Assembly (NCBI GenBank): GCA_963720665.1
Contig: CAVRGI010000014.1
Span: 38,643 to 102,642, forward strand
Direction of reading: 5' to 3'
Source: an uncultured Solirubrobacterales bacterium
GTDB lineage: Bacteria; Actinomycetota; Thermoleophilia; Solirubrobacterales; Solirubrobacteraceae
DNA: 64,000 nt
The notes under the pieces are model-generated. The model searched no databases. It worked only from the letters and a program-made list of their open reading frames with translations, and was not told where the DNA came from. Numbering within the stretch: position 1 is the first letter of the stretch; each line of letters opens with the position of its first letter. The position numbers were made by a program, and so were the translations under genes. Shown one piece after another: positions 45,150-55,380 of the stretch.

Positions 45150-47195
45150 CTATTGCGGATCGACGTCCACGCTGAAGCTCACCCGCCGGTGGCGGCGCTC
45201 GCGCGCGACGCCCTGGACGGCGTCGCCGACGGACCGCACGACCGGACGGCGCTCGGGCGCCTTCAGGACCAGCACCCGGCGCTCCTGGCCGCGCAGGCGA
45301 AACAGCGAGGCCGGGCCGAGGATACGGGTGTGAACGGGCGTGGTCGTGGCCAGGCGCTGCGCCAGGGCGACCGCGGCCTCCTGGGCGTGAGCGCCCTCGG
45401 CGGCCGCGCAGACGATCCGGATCAGGTGCGAGAAAGGCGGGTAGCCAAGCGCGCGGCGGCGCTCGAGCTCGCTGGCCAGGAACCCGTCGCTGTCGTGCCG
45501 CGCGGCGTAGGCGATCGCGCGCGCCTCTGGCGCGATCGTCTGCACCAGCACCCTGCCGGGCGCCCCGCGTCCGACGCGCCCGGCGAACTGGGCGATCAGC
45601 GCGAAGGTGCGCTCGTCGGCGCGGAAGTCCGGGAAACGCAGCGTCGCGTCGGCGTCGAGCACGACCCCGAGCGTCACGTCGGGGAAGTCGTGGCCCTTGG
45701 CGACCATTTGCGTGCCGATCAGCACCCCCGCAGGAGCGGCCTCAAAGCTGCGCAGCAGCGCGGCCGGCCCGCGCGCGTCGCGCGCTTGGTCGCCGGCGGG
45801 CGCGGCGACTGAAGCCGGCAGACCCGCGCCGAGCGTATCGGCGTCGAGCCGGAAGACGGGGAAGCGCCCGTCGCCGTCGAGCGCCGCCGCGAGATCGTGC
45901 TCGAGGCGCTCGGTGCCGGCGCCGTGGCGCGCGACCGAGATCGATCCGCACTGCGCGCAGTGACGCGGCACGGGCTCGCGATGGCCGCAGTGATGACACG
46001 CGAGGAAGCCCTCGCGGCCGTGCAGCACGAGCGCGACGTCGCATTCCGGGCAGCCCCAGACCGTGCCGCAGGAGCGGCACGAGAGGAAGTTCGACCAGCC
46101 GCGGCGGTTGAGCAGCACGATCGCCTTGCCCTGCCCCGCGCGGACGTCGGCGAGCGCGTGCGCGGTGAGCGGGTGCAGACCGGCTGTATCCCAGCGCATG
46201 TCGAGCACGCTCACCTGCGGGAGGGGACGCGCATCGACGCGCGCGGGCAGGCGCAGCGTCGGCCACCGGCCGGTCGTACGGCGTGCGCTCTCCGGACGCG
46301 GAGTCGCGCTGCCCGCCAGCAGCAGCGCGCCCGCGCGGCGCGCGCGCTCGAGCGCCACGTCGCGCGCGTCGTAGCGCGGGTCGCCTTCGTGCTTGTACGA
46401 GCCGTCGTGCTCCTCGTCGATCACGATCAGGCCGAGGTCTGCGACCGGCGCGAAGATCGCCGAGCGGGGACCGACGCACACGCGCGCCTCGCCGGTGCGC
46501 AGACGCCGCCATTCCTGATAGCGCTCGCCGCCGCGCAGCCGCGAATGCAGCACGGCCACGGTCTCGCCGAAGCGCTCCCGGAAGCGCCCGACGATCTGCG
46601 GCGTCAGCGCGATCTCCGGGACGAGCACGATCGCGCCGCGGCCCTGCTGAAGGGCGGTCGTGGCTGCGCGCAGGTAGACCTCGGTCTTGCCCGAGCCGGT
46701 GACGCCCTGCAGCAGGCGCCGCTCGTAGGCGCGCGCGTCGAGCGCCGCGCGCAGCGCTGCAAGCGCACGCTCCTGAGCGGCGCTGAGCGCCGGCGGGGGG
46801 TTGCCGCGGGACCCGACCGGGAGGTGCTGCGAGCGCACGATCGCGCGGCGCTTGCGTCCACCGAGACGCCGCGTGGCGCCGGGCGGGAGCACGAGCGCGA
46901 GCGCGCGCGCGAGCGTCGAGCAGTATTCGCTCGCGATCCAGCGCGCGAGCGCGACGAGCTCGACCGGCACGCCGAACTCCAACGCGCGCAGCGGCGCGAG
47001 CAGCTTCTCCTCGGCCACCTCGCTCGTGTCGGCGAGCCCGACGACCACCCCGAGCACCTCGCGACGCGCGAACGGCACGACGAGCATCGAACCGACGTCG
47101 ACCCCGCCGCGCAGCGCGTGCGGCAGGCGATAGTCGAACGGGCCGCGCAGCGCGCGGGCCGTGGTCATCGGCTCCACTTGAGCGATCGAGGCCAT
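45150..47195 (-). CDS. priA: Primosomal protein N' (PriA helicase)
   Basis: GVTGSGKTEV, IDEEHD and the Cys-rich insertion CRSCG...CPECD...CHHCG...CAQCG. The ATG at 47195 was chosen; 47168 is an alternative. Confidence 0.9.
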   Translation of the reverse strand: MASIAQVEPMTTARALRGPFDYRLPHALRGGVDVGSMLVVPFARREVLGVVVGLADTSEVAEEKLLAPLRALEFGVPVELVALARWIASEYCSTLARALALVLPPGATRRLGGRKRRAIVRSQHLPVGSRGNPPPALSAAQERALAALRAALDARAYERRLLQGVTGSGKTEVYLRAATTALQQGRGAIVLVPEIALTPQIVGRFRERFGETVAVLHSRLRGGERYQEWRRLRTGEARVCVGPRSAIFAPVADLGLIVIDEEHDGSYKHEGDPRYDARDVALERARRAGALLLAGSATPRPESARRTTGRWPTLRLPARVDARPLPQVSVLDMRWDTAGLHPLTAHALADVRAGQGKAIVLLNRRGWSNFLSCRSCGTVWGCPECDVALVLHGREGFLACHHCGHREPVPRHCAQCGSISVARHGAGTERLEHDLAAALDGDGRFPVFRLDADTLGAGLPASVAAPAGDQARDARGPAALLRSFEAAPAGVLIGTQMVAKGHDFPDVTLGVVLDADATLRFPDFRADERTFALIAQFAGRVGRGAPGRVLVQTIAPEARAIAYAARHDSDGFLASELERRRALGYPPFSHLIRIVCAAAEGAHAQEAAVALAQRLATTTPVHTRILGPASLFRLRGQERRVLVLKAPERRPVVRSVGDAVQGVARERRHRRVSFSVDVDPQ

Positions 47196-47274
47196 TGGGA
47201 GGGGACGCGAAGCAGGCCCGAGGGGGCCGTCGAGCTGGCAGCGAGACGGGGGTATCTCGCAGAGCACCAACGTT

Positions 47275-47320
47275 AGGTCACGGCCCGGCGGCAGCCCAGG
47301 TCACGGCCCGGCGGCAGCCT
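47275..47320. repeat. Two tandem 23-nt units (aggtcacggcccggcggcagcc+1) between metK and priA
   Basis: 47275-47297 and 47298-47320 are identical except for the last base. A third, degenerate copy overlaps the metK stop at about 47336-47365. Confidence 0.85.
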
Positions 47321-47346
47321 GGATCATTTCCCGACGACAGCCTGGG

Positions 47347-48567
47347 TCAGAGGCCGGCGGCGGAGCGCAGAGCGTCGGTCTTGTCGATGCGCTCCCAGGT
47401 GAAGTCGTGATCGTCGCGGCCGAAGTGACCGTAGGCGGCGGTCTTCTGATAGATCGGCCGGTGCAGTTTCAACTCCTCGCGAAACGCTCCGGGCCGCAGG
47501 TCGAACACTTGCTCGACCGCCTGGGCGATCTGCGCGCGGCTCGCCCCGCGCTCGGTGCCGAAGGTCTCGACCATCACCGACACCGGGTGGGCGACCCCGA
47601 TCGCGTAGGCGACCTGCACCTCGGCGCGGTCCGCGAGCTGGGCGGCGACGATGTTCTTGGCGACCCAGCGGGCGGCGTAGGCCGCCGAGCGGTCGACCTT
47701 GGAGGGATCCTTGCCGGAGAACGCGCCGCCGCCGTGCCGGGCCATCCCGCCGTAGGTATCGACGATGATCTTGCGTCCGGTCAGTCCGCAGTCGCCCATC
47801 GGCCCGCCGATCACGAAGCGCCCGGTCGGGTTGACGAGGAAGTTCTTCAGCAGGCGGTTCTCGTCGTAGAGCGCGTGAGGCAGCACCGGGCGCAACACGT
47901 GCTCGAACAGGTCTGGCTTGATCAGCGCCTCCGCGTCGATCCCGTCGGCGTGCTGGGTGGAGATCAGAATCTTCTCGATCGCCACGGGCTTGCCATCCCG
48001 ATAGCGAACCGTCACCTGGGTCTTGCCGTCCGGACGCAGGTAGGGCAGCACCTCGGCCTTGCGCACCTCGGTGAGGCGCTTGGCCAGCTTGTGCGCGAGC
48101 GCGATCGGCATCGGCATCAGCTCGTCGGTCTCGCGCGCCGCGTAGCCGAACATCATCCCCTGGTCGCCCGCGCCCGCGGCGTCGAGCTCGTCTTCGTCGG
48201 AGGGGTCGTGACGGGTCTCATAGGCGGCATCGACGCCCTGGGCGATGTCGGGCGACTGCTTGTCGATCGCGTTGATCACCGCGCAGGTTTCGCAGTCGAA
48301 GCCGTAGTTGGCGTCGTCGTAGCCGATCCTGCGCACCGTCTCGCGCGCGATGTGCTGGATGTCCACGTAGGTCTTCGTCGAGATCTCGCCGGAGACGACG
48401 ACCAGTCCGGTGTTGACGAGCGTCTCGCAGGCGACGCGACCGTAGGGATCGTCGCGCAGCACGGCATCGAGCACGCCGTCGGAGATCTGATCGGCGATCT
48501 TGTCCGGGTGTCCCTCGGTGACGGACTCGGAGGTGAACAGGAACTCGTGCTCGTCGTGCTGGCTCAT
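47347..48567 (-). CDS. metK: S-adenosylmethionine synthetase
   Basis: 406 aa with [28 protein letters not shown] and [16 protein letters not shown]. Confidence 0.97.
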   Translation of the reverse strand: MSQHDEHEFLFTSESVTEGHPDKIADQISDGVLDAVLRDDPYGRVACETLVNTGLVVVSGEISTKTYVDIQHIARETVRRIGYDDANYGFDCETCAVINAIDKQSPDIAQGVDAAYETRHDPSDEDELDAAGAGDQGMMFGYAARETDELMPMPIALAHKLAKRLTEVRKAEVLPYLRPDGKTQVTVRYRDGKPVAIEKILISTQHADGIDAEALIKPDLFEHVLRPVLPHALYDENRLLKNFLVNPTGRFVIGGPMGDCGLTGRKIIVDTYGGMARHGGGAFSGKDPSKVDRSAAYAARWVAKNIVAAQLADRAEVQVAYAIGVAHPVSVMVETFGTERGASRAQIAQAVEQVFDLRPGAFREELKLHRPIYQKTAAYGHFGRDDHDFTWERIDKTDALRSAAGL

Positions 48568-48639
48568 GTCGGAACTCGGCTTCGCGATCGCTAGCGGGAT
48601 GACCAGTTTGTGGACCGGCGCTCAGAAAGCCGGGAGAGT

Positions 48640-50049
48640 CTATCCACGTGAGCTCGCACGTCCGGAGCTCCGCCGGCGCCGGCGCTTGGGCCCGGTGGCT
48701 TGGCGGGCGCTGTCGCGTCCGCGGCGCCCGCGCTCCACGAAGTCGATGATCAGCGGCACGCCGTCCATCCCGTAGCGCGCGCGCAGGCGATTCTCGAGGA
48801 AGTAGGCGTAGTCGCGGGTGACGCGCGTGCGCGAGTTGACCTGGATCGCAAAGCGCGGTGGACGCTCGCCGACCTGGGCCATATAGAGCAGCTTCAGCCG
48901 GTGCTGCCCCGAGCCACGGCGCGTCCCGACCGGGGGCTGGCGGGCCTGGACGGTCTCGCCCAGGAAGCGGTTGAGCTCGGGCGTGGGGATGCGTCCGGCC
49001 ATCCGGTCCCCCAGCGCGATCGCCTCGCTCAGCAGGCGACCGACGTGGCGACCGGTCTTCGCGCTGGCGGTCAGCACGCGCGGGCGCAGTCGCAGCTTCT
49101 GCGCGACCTTCGCGCGCTCGTGGGCGAGCTCCTCTTCGCCGCCCTCGTGGAGGTCCCACTTGTTCAGGACCAGCGCCGTCGCGCAGCCCGATTTCATCGC
49201 CAGCTCGGCGATCCGCTGATCCTGGGCGGTGACGCCGTCGCGCGCGTCGCAGACGACGAGCGCGACGTCGGCCCGCTCGGCGGCGCGGCGGGAGCGCAGC
49301 GAGGTGTAGTACTCGATCGCATCCGAGACCTTCGCCTGGCGGCGGATACCCGCCGTGTCGATCAGGATCAGCTCGCGCCCGTTGACGAGCAGCGGCGTGT
49401 CGATCGCGTCGCGTGTGGTGCCGGCGCGCTCGGAGACGATCGTGCGGACTTCGCCGAGGAAGCGATTGACCAGCGAGGACTTGCCGACATTCGGGCGGCC
49501 GATCACCGCCAGGCGGACGGCGTCGTCCTCGCCGTGCTCCTCCGCTTGATCCCCAAGCTCGCTCAGCCGGCTGACGATCCGATCCAGGAGGTCGCCGGAA
49601 CCGAGACCTTGAGCGGCCGAAACCGCCAGCGGCTCGCCCAGCCGGAGCCGGTGGAAGTCCGCGGCCAGCGGGATGTCGGCTGCGCCATCGCACTTGTTCG
49701 CGGCGACCAGCGCCGGCGCCGAGGACCGGCGCAGCAGATCGGCGATCTCCTCGTCGCCTGCTCGCAGGCCCGCGCGCGCGTCGACCACGAGCAGCGCGAG
49801 CTGCGCGTCGGCGAGGCCGGCGCGGACCTGATCGCGGATCGAGCCCGACAGCGGGTCTGGGGCGCGGAAGTCCACGCCTCCGGTATCGATCAACACGAAG
49901 CGCAGGCCGTTCCACTCGCACTCGATCTCGTTGCGGTCGCGGGTCACGCCCGGGCGCTCATGCACGACCGCCGCGCGGGTGCCCGCGAGACGGTTGATCA
50001 GCGAGGACTTGCCGACGTTGGGATAGCCGACGACCGCGACCTTCAGCAT
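48640..50049 (-). CDS. der: Ribosome-associated GTPase Der (EngA)
   Basis: From the ATG at 50049: [16 protein letters not shown], a second G domain GRPNVGKSS, a KH-like C-terminus and an Arg-rich tail. The 643-aa ORF was trimmed. Confidence 0.95.
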   Translation of the reverse strand: MLKVAVVGYPNVGKSSLINRLAGTRAAVVHERPGVTRDRNEIECEWNGLRFVLIDTGGVDFRAPDPLSGSIRDQVRAGLADAQLALLVVDARAGLRAGDEEIADLLRRSSAPALVAANKCDGAADIPLAADFHRLRLGEPLAVSAAQGLGSGDLLDRIVSRLSELGDQAEEHGEDDAVRLAVIGRPNVGKSSLVNRFLGEVRTIVSERAGTTRDAIDTPLLVNGRELILIDTAGIRRQAKVSDAIEYYTSLRSRRAAERADVALVVCDARDGVTAQDQRIAELAMKSGCATALVLNKWDLHEGGEEELAHERAKVAQKLRLRPRVLTASAKTGRHVGRLLSEAIALGDRMAGRIPTPELNRFLGETVQARQPPVGTRRGSGQHRLKLLYMAQVGERPPRFAIQVNSRTRVTRDYAYFLENRLRARYGMDGVPLIIDFVERGRRGRDSARQATGPKRRRRRSSGRASSRG

Positions 50050-50693
50050 CAGGCCAGTATGCCGCGCGCGCGCAGGAGCGCGATGATGCGCTGGACCGCC
50101 TCTTGCGGGCTGAGCTCGGTCGTGTCCAGGATCACGGCGTCCGCGGCGGGCTGCAGCGGACTGTGCTCGCGCGCCGAGTCGCGCTGATCGCGCAGCGCCT
50201 GCTCGGCGAGCACCGCGCGCGGGTCGGCGCCGAGCTCGCCGGCGCGCCGCTGCGCGCGGACGCGCGGATCGGCGGTGAGGAACACCTTCAGCTCTGCGTC
50301 GGGCGCGACGACCGTGCCGACGTCGCGACCCTCGGCGACCCAGTCGCCGGCGGCGAGTAGCGCGCGTTGCTTTTTCACGAGCACGCGGCGTATGTTGGGG
50401 TCGGCGGCGAGCTGGGAGGCCGCCTCGGAGACCTCGCGGGCGCGAATCGCCTCGGTCACGTCCTCGCCGCCCAGCAGGACGTGCACGGGCGAATCGGGCC
50501 CGGCTTCGCGGAACGCGACCTCGGCGGCGCGGGCGAGCGCGGCGGGATCGCTGTCGGGCGCGCGCAGCCACAGCAGCGCGACGCAGCGGTACAGCGCGCC
50601 GCTGTTGAGATAGGTGAATCCGAGCCGGGCGGCGAGCGCGCGGGCGATGGTCGACTTGCCGGCGCCCGCGGGCCCGTCGATCGCGATCAGCAT
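50049..50693 (-). CDS. cmk: Cytidylate kinase
   Basis: 214 aa, [15 protein letters not shown]. Confidence 0.95.
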   Translation of the reverse strand: MLIAIDGPAGAGKSTIARALAARLGFTYLNSGALYRCVALLWLRAPDSDPAALARAAEVAFREAGPDSPVHVLLGGEDVTEAIRAREVSEAASQLAADPNIRRVLVKKQRALLAAGDWVAEGRDVGTVVAPDAELKVFLTADPRVRAQRRAGELGADPRAVLAEQALRDQRDSAREHSPLQPAADAVILDTTELSPQEAVQRIIALLRARGILA

Positions 50694-50694
50694 C

Positions 50695-51999
50695 TCATCC
50701 GGCGATCCTCGCGAGATCCTCCACGAACTCCGGATACGACACGGAGGCCGCCTCGATGCCCACGACCTCGACGCCCTCGCGTGAGGCCAAGCCCGCTACG
50801 GCCCCCATCATCGCCATGCGATGATCGCCGCGCGCATCGAGCACGCCGCCGCGCAGGCCGCCCGTGCCGCGCACCGCAAAGCCGTCGCCGGTCGCCTCGA
50901 TGTCGGCCCCGAGTCCGCGCAGACCGTCGACGGCGCCGGCGATGCGGTCGACCTCCTTGACGCGCAGCTCCTCCGCGCCGCGCACGACGGTCTCGCCTTC
51001 CGCGAAGCAGCCGAGCAGCGCGACGAGCGGCAGCTCGTCGATCGCCAGCGGAACCTCCTCGGGCTCGACGACGGTCGCCTCGAGCGGGCCGTGGGCGACA
51101 TCGAGCTCGGTCACGGGCTCGTGCGCTGACAGTTCGCCGGTCTCCTGCTCGAGATCGCCGAGCACGATCCCGCGCATGCGGCGCAGGATGTGCAAGAAGC
51201 CGCAGCGCGTCCAGTTCGCGCCGACATCGCCGATGATCAGACGCGAGCCGGGCACGAGCACGCCCGCGGCGATGATGAAGGCGGCGGAGCTCGGGTCGCC
51301 GGGGACGCGCAGGCGGTCAAGCATCAGCTCGTCGGCGTTGACGACCGTGACGTGGCGGCCCATGCGGTGGATGCTGACGCCCGCGCGCAACAGCATCCGC
51401 TCGGTGTGGTCGCGGCTGCGCTCGGGCTCGCCGACGGTGGTGGCGCCGTCGGCGACGAGCGCCGCGAGCAGTATGCAGGACTTGACCTGGGCGCTCGCGA
51501 CCGGCAGCTCGTAGGAGATCGCGCGCAGCCGCGCGCCGCGGATGCTCAGCGGCGGATAGCGCCCATCGCGGGCGTGCAGCTCCGCCCCCATCTGGGCGAG
51601 CGGCGTGACGATCCGGTCGACGGGTCGCCGGCGGATCGAGTCGTCGCCGTCGAGCGTGAACGTGCGACCCTCCTGGGCTGCCAGCCAGCCCGGGAGGATG
51701 CGCAAGAGCGTGCCGGCGTTACCGACGTCGATCGGCCCGTCGGGCTCGCGCACCTCGCGCAGGCCGGCGCCGCGGATCACGACGTCATCCGCACGGACCT
51801 CGACAAGCGCGCCGAGCGCGCGCGCCGCCTGCAGCGTCGCGCTCGTGTCGGCGGCGTGCAGGTAGTTCTCGATCGCCACCGGCTCGCAGGCCATCGCGCC
51901 CAGCAGGGCGGCGCGGTGCGAGATCGACTTGTCCGCGGGCGCGCGCAGCTCACCGGTGAGCGCGCGGGCCGGGTCGAAGCGCATGTTCATCGGCGCCAA
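50695..51999 (-). CDS. aroA: 3-phosphoshikimate 1-carboxyvinyltransferase (EPSP synthase)
   Basis: 434 aa with KSISHRA, VGNAGTLLR and DHRMAMM motifs. Confidence 0.95.
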   Translation of the reverse strand: MAPMNMRFDPARALTGELRAPADKSISHRAALLGAMACEPVAIENYLHAADTSATLQAARALGALVEVRADDVVIRGAGLREVREPDGPIDVGNAGTLLRILPGWLAAQEGRTFTLDGDDSIRRRPVDRIVTPLAQMGAELHARDGRYPPLSIRGARLRAISYELPVASAQVKSCILLAALVADGATTVGEPERSRDHTERMLLRAGVSIHRMGRHVTVVNADELMLDRLRVPGDPSSAAFIIAAGVLVPGSRLIIGDVGANWTRCGFLHILRRMRGIVLGDLEQETGELSAHEPVTELDVAHGPLEATVVEPEEVPLAIDELPLVALLGCFAEGETVVRGAEELRVKEVDRIAGAVDGLRGLGADIEATGDGFAVRGTGGLRGGVLDARGDHRMAMMGAVAGLASREGVEVVGIEAASVSYPEFVEDLARIAG

Positions 52000-52017
52000 C
52001 CCTACGCCGTGCGCACC

Positions 52018-52848
52018 CTAGGAGTGCTGTCCGAGCAGCGTCTGGCGCTCGCCGCGGGCCCGCTCGTTCCAGTCGCGCACGGCCTGTGCGTCGCCGGCGT
52101 CGAGCGCCGCGCGGATCTGCGCGAGCCGGCCGGTGAGCTCTTCGATCGCGGCGATCAGCGGGCCCCGGTTGGACATGTAGATGTCGGTCCAGATCGCGCT
52201 GTTCGAGCCCGCCACGCGCGTCGCATCGCGAAAGCTAGGCCCGGTCCCGACGGCGCCGGGCGGGCCGTCGCCGAGCGCGGAGCTGGCCTGGGCGACGAGC
52301 AGGTTGGCGAGCACGTGCGGGAGGTGGGAGATCGTGGCCATCAGGCGGTCGTGCAGGTCGGGCGCGATCGCAACCGGCTGCGCGCCGAATGTCCGGATCA
52401 GCTGCTCGAGCGCGGGGTGGCGGTCGGCCGCGGGCGCCAGATACCAGACGGCTCCGTCGAACAGGTCCGCGCGCGCGTGCTCGACGCCGGAGGCCTCCGA
52501 GCCCGCCAACGGATGGCCGGCGACGAAGCGCCGATCCGCGATCGCCTCGGCGATCGCCTGCTTGGTCGAGCCCACATCCGACACGACGGACCGCTGTGGC
52601 GCGCAGGCGAGCGCCGCGCGAGCGGTCGGGACGAGCGCGCCGACGGGCGTCGCGACGAACACAACGTCCACGCCGTCAACGGCAGCGGCGATGTCCGGGG
52701 CCTGCTCGTCGAGCGCGGCAAGCTGCAACGCCCGGGCACAGACGTCCGGGTCGGAGTCCCAGCCGCGGACGTGGGCGCCGGCGCGCCTGCGGGCCGCGAG
52801 GCCGATCGAACCCCCGATCAGGCCGACGCCCAGCACGGCGACGTTCAA
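52018..52848 (-). CDS. tyrA: Prephenate dehydrogenase
   Basis: 276 aa with the Rossmann fold [19 protein letters not shown], and the hisC-tyrA-aroA context. Confidence 0.85.
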   Translation of the reverse strand: MNVAVLGVGLIGGSIGLAARRRAGAHVRGWDSDPDVCARALQLAALDEQAPDIAAAVDGVDVVFVATPVGALVPTARAALACAPQRSVVSDVGSTKQAIAEAIADRRFVAGHPLAGSEASGVEHARADLFDGAVWYLAPAADRHPALEQLIRTFGAQPVAIAPDLHDRLMATISHLPHVLANLLVAQASSALGDGPPGAVGTGPSFRDATRVAGSNSAIWTDIYMSNRGPLIAAIEELTGRLAQIRAALDAGDAQAVRDWNERARGERQTLLGQHS

Positions 52849-52909
52849 CGAGCGAACCCCCGAGGGACGGCCGGCCGCGCGCCGGTGCAGGGCGTCGGCC
52901 GGCCCCCCA

Positions 52910-53947
52910 TCAGACGGCGCTGAGGGCCTTCCCGGCGAGCGTCGCGGCGCTTTCCACGGCCGAGGCGTACTCGGCGAACGAGTCCGCGCGCAGCGCCTGG
53001 GGGCCGTCGCAAACGGCCTCCTCGGGGTTTGGATGGGTCTCCACGATCACGCCGTCGGCGCCGATCGCGGCGGCCGCCAGCGACAGCGGCTGCACCAGCT
53101 CGCGCCGCCCGGCGGCGTGGCTGGGATCGACGACGACCGGCAGGTGCGTGAGCTCCTTGAGGATCGGCACCGCCATCAGGTCGAGTGTCACGCGGCGATG
53201 ATCGGTCTCGAACGTGCGGATCCCGCGCTCGCAGAGCATCACGTTGGGATTGCCTTCCTTGAGGATGTACTCGGCGGCCATCACCAGCTCATCCAGCGGA
53301 GCAGCGAGCCCGCGCTTGAGCAGCGCCGGACGCCCGGCGCGCCCGATCTCCGACAGCAGCGGATAATTTTGCATGTTGCGCGCGCCGATTTGAATCACGT
53401 CCGCGACCTCCAGAACGGCATCGAGGTCGCGGATGTCCATCAGCTCGGTCACGACCGGCAGGCCGGTTTCGGCCTTCGCCTCGGCGAGCAGACGCAGGCC
53501 CTCCTGGCCGAGGCCCTGGAACGCGTACGGGGAGGTGCGCGGCTTGTAGGCGCCGCCGCGAAACATCGACGCGCCGGCGTCGTGCACGACGCGCGCGGTC
53601 TGCAGGGTCTGCTCGCGCGATTCGACGGTGCACGGGCCGGCGATCAGCGCGAAGTGCTCGCCGCCGATCAGACGGCCGTCGATATCAAGGACGGTGCGCT
53701 CGCCATGCGTGAACTGCAGCGAGGCGAGCTTGTAGGGCTTGAGGATCGGCACCACGCGGTCGACGCCCGGCTGCCCCTCGAGCCCGAGGCTTTCGACGCT
53801 CGCATCCTGCTCGACGTCGCCGATCGCTCCGAGCACCGTCACGCGCGCGCCCTTGCTGCGATGGACACGCGCCCCAGCTCGTTCGATCTTCTCGACGACC
53901 GCGTCCACCTGGTCGGGCGTCGCGGTCTCCTTCATTACGATCATCAT
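52910..53947 (-). CDS. aroF: 3-deoxy-7-phosphoheptulonate (DAHP) synthase, type I-beta with an N-terminal ferredoxin-like regulatory domain
   Basis: 345 aa with an N-terminal ACT/FL-like domain of about 70 aa, then GPCTVES...[18 protein letters not shown]...DPSH. An AAGGA Shine-Dalgarno lies 7 nt upstream. Confidence 0.9.
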   Translation of the reverse strand: MMIVMKETATPDQVDAVVEKIERAGARVHRSKGARVTVLGAIGDVEQDASVESLGLEGQPGVDRVVPILKPYKLASLQFTHGERTVLDIDGRLIGGEHFALIAGPCTVESREQTLQTARVVHDAGASMFRGGAYKPRTSPYAFQGLGQEGLRLLAEAKAETGLPVVTELMDIRDLDAVLEVADVIQIGARNMQNYPLLSEIGRAGRPALLKRGLAAPLDELVMAAEYILKEGNPNVMLCERGIRTFETDHRRVTLDLMAVPILKELTHLPVVVDPSHAAGRRELVQPLSLAAAAIGADGVIVETHPNPEEAVCDGPQALRADSFAEYASAVESAATLAGKALSAV

Positions 53948-53995
53948 CGGATCATCCTTTCACCTGCGCATGGAATGGTAAGTCCTGCTGGCGTG

Positions 53996-54014
53996 AAAAT
54001 GGCGCTTGCGCACC
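53996..54014 (-). terminator. Candidate attenuator terminator hairpin (GGUGC-GCAA-GCGCC followed by AUUUU)
   Basis: Minus-strand ggtgcgcaagcgccatttt forms a 5-bp GC-rich stem with a GNRA-type loop and a short U tract. It lies about 50 nt upstream of the DAHP synthase ATG. Confidence 0.4.
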
Positions 54015-54096
54015 GAGTTCTGTGGCGCTCTATCCCAGGACTGGGATCCGGTGCGGCCGCTGCAGCCCGCTCACGGACGGGCTCAGGCCGGAGCGC

Positions 54097-54180
54097 CTAG
54101 ATAAATCGCCAGGTGAAATAGGCGCAGGACGACCGCGCGATGCGGGTGCTCCGAGAAGATGTACGTTCGCAAGCGGACAT
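54097..54180 (-). CDS. Candidate 27-codon leader peptide MSACERTSSRSTRIARSSCAYFTWRFI
   Basis: It runs from the ATG at 54180 to the TAG at 54097-54099. The last seven sense codons are TAT TTC ACC TGG CGA TTT ATC (Tyr Phe Thr Trp Arg Phe Ile). It lies in the 313-nt spacer upstream of the aromatic biosynthesis genes. Confidence 0.45.
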   Translation of the reverse strand: MSACERTSSRSTRIARSSCAYFTWRFI

Positions 54181-54260
54181 GGCCGTCTGCAGGTCTTTGT
54201 AGCAGATCAACGGCGCTTAGTCGAGCGCGAGGAACGATGCCCGGCCGAGCGCCCGCGCGC

Positions 54261-55340
54261 TCACAGCGTGTCGGCCAGGGCCTGCACGAAGCGCGCGTTC
54301 TCCTCGGGCGTGCCGAACGTGACGCGCAGCGCGGGCGTGTCGCTGCCGAGGGCTTGGCCGCCGCGGACGAGCACGCCGCGCTCCTGCAGCCCTTGCATGA
54401 CCTGCAGCTCGTCGCGCTCGCCGAGATCGATCCAGCAGAAGTTCGCCTGCGAGTCGGCGACCCTCAGCCCGAGGGCGGGCAGCTCCTCGAGCAGCGAGAT
54501 GCGCTCGGCGACGGTCCTGGCCACGCGGTCTTCCACCTCGTCCTGGTGGGCGAGCGCCTCCACGGCGGCCGTCTGGGCGAGCGCGTTGCAGAAGAACGGC
54601 TGGCGCACCTGGTTGACCGCGCGGGGAAGCTCCTCGGAGCCGCACAGGGCGAAGCCGACCCGCAGGCCGCACAGCCCGTACACCTTCGAGAACGTGCGCA
54701 GCAGGACGACGTTGGGGTGAGCGCGCAGCAGCCCGATCGAGCATTCGGGATCGCCGAGCAGGTTGAACTCGCAGTAGGCCTCGTCGATGACCACGCACAC
54801 GTGTGCCGGGACCTCGGCGACGAACGCGGCGATGTCGGCGAGCGGGAGCGCCGTCGAGGTTGGATTGTTCGGATTGCAGACGATCGCCAGGCGGGTGGCG
54901 ACGGTGATCTCGCGCAGCATCGCCGGCAGGTCGTGGCGCAGCTCGGCGTCGAGCGGCACGGTGATCGCGCGCGCCCCCGAGGCGGCGGCGAGGTGCGGGT
55001 AGACCGAAAAGGACGGCCACGCGTACACGAGCTCGGCGCCGGGCTCGAGCAGCGCCTCGCCGGCGGCGAGCAGGATGTCGCAGGAGCCGTTGCCGACCGC
55101 GATCTGCGCGGCGGGCACTTCGTAGCGCTCGGACAGGCGCTGGCGCAGGATCGAGCTCTCCGGGTCGGGGTAGCGGTTCAGCGAATCGAGCGCGCGGTCG
55201 ATCGCGGCCCGCACCGGCGCGATCGGTGGATAGGGCGACTCGTTGCTGGCCAGGCGCACGAGCGGCGCCTGCTCGGCGTAGCCGCCGGCGGCTGGGTAGG
55301 AGGGTATGCGCCGGATGCGCTGCGCGAACTCGATCGCCAT
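54261..55340 (-). CDS. hisC: Histidinol-phosphate/aromatic aminotransferase
   Basis: 359 aa, a class II aminotransferase with PLP-Lys motif TFSKVYGLCGLRVGF, in a Bacillus-like hisC-tyrA-aroA context. Confidence 0.9.
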   Translation of the reverse strand: MAIEFAQRIRRIPSYPAAGGYAEQAPLVRLASNESPYPPIAPVRAAIDRALDSLNRYPDPESSILRQRLSERYEVPAAQIAVGNGSCDILLAAGEALLEPGAELVYAWPSFSVYPHLAAASGARAITVPLDAELRHDLPAMLREITVATRLAIVCNPNNPTSTALPLADIAAFVAEVPAHVCVVIDEAYCEFNLLGDPECSIGLLRAHPNVVLLRTFSKVYGLCGLRVGFALCGSEELPRAVNQVRQPFFCNALAQTAAVEALAHQDEVEDRVARTVAERISLLEELPALGLRVADSQANFCWIDLGERDELQVMQGLQERGVLVRGGQALGSDTPALRVTFGTPEENARFVQALADTL

Positions 55341-55380
55341 GGCCGACCTATTGTGCCCGAACGCGAGCGCGCCCTGCCGG

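Noticed and set aside
48568-48639. A possible SAM riboswitch upstream of metK.
   Set aside because: The spacer is only 72 nt and I saw no SAM-I, SAM-II or SAM-IV consensus elements. A small hairpin (CCGGC...GCCGG) is more likely the der 3' structure.
48640-50571. Long N-terminal extensions in the ORF track for der (643 aa), trpS (904 aa), gcvPB (932 aa), ribH (610 aa), ribE (398 aa), yloV (670 aa), scpB (514 aa), coaD, rpe, aroH and rplS.
   Set aside because: The extensions run through the upstream gene in another frame and are Arg/Pro-rich. In each case an internal ATG or GTG at the family's usual N-terminus, often in an ATGA/GTGA overlap with the upstream stop, gives a normal-length protein.
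54022-54720. A plus-strand 232-aa ORF covering the hisC 3' end and the aro leader region.
   Set aside because: It is antisense to hisC, has an Arg/Ser/Pro-rich translation and no family resemblance. The region is better explained by the minus-strand leader ORF and RNA structures.
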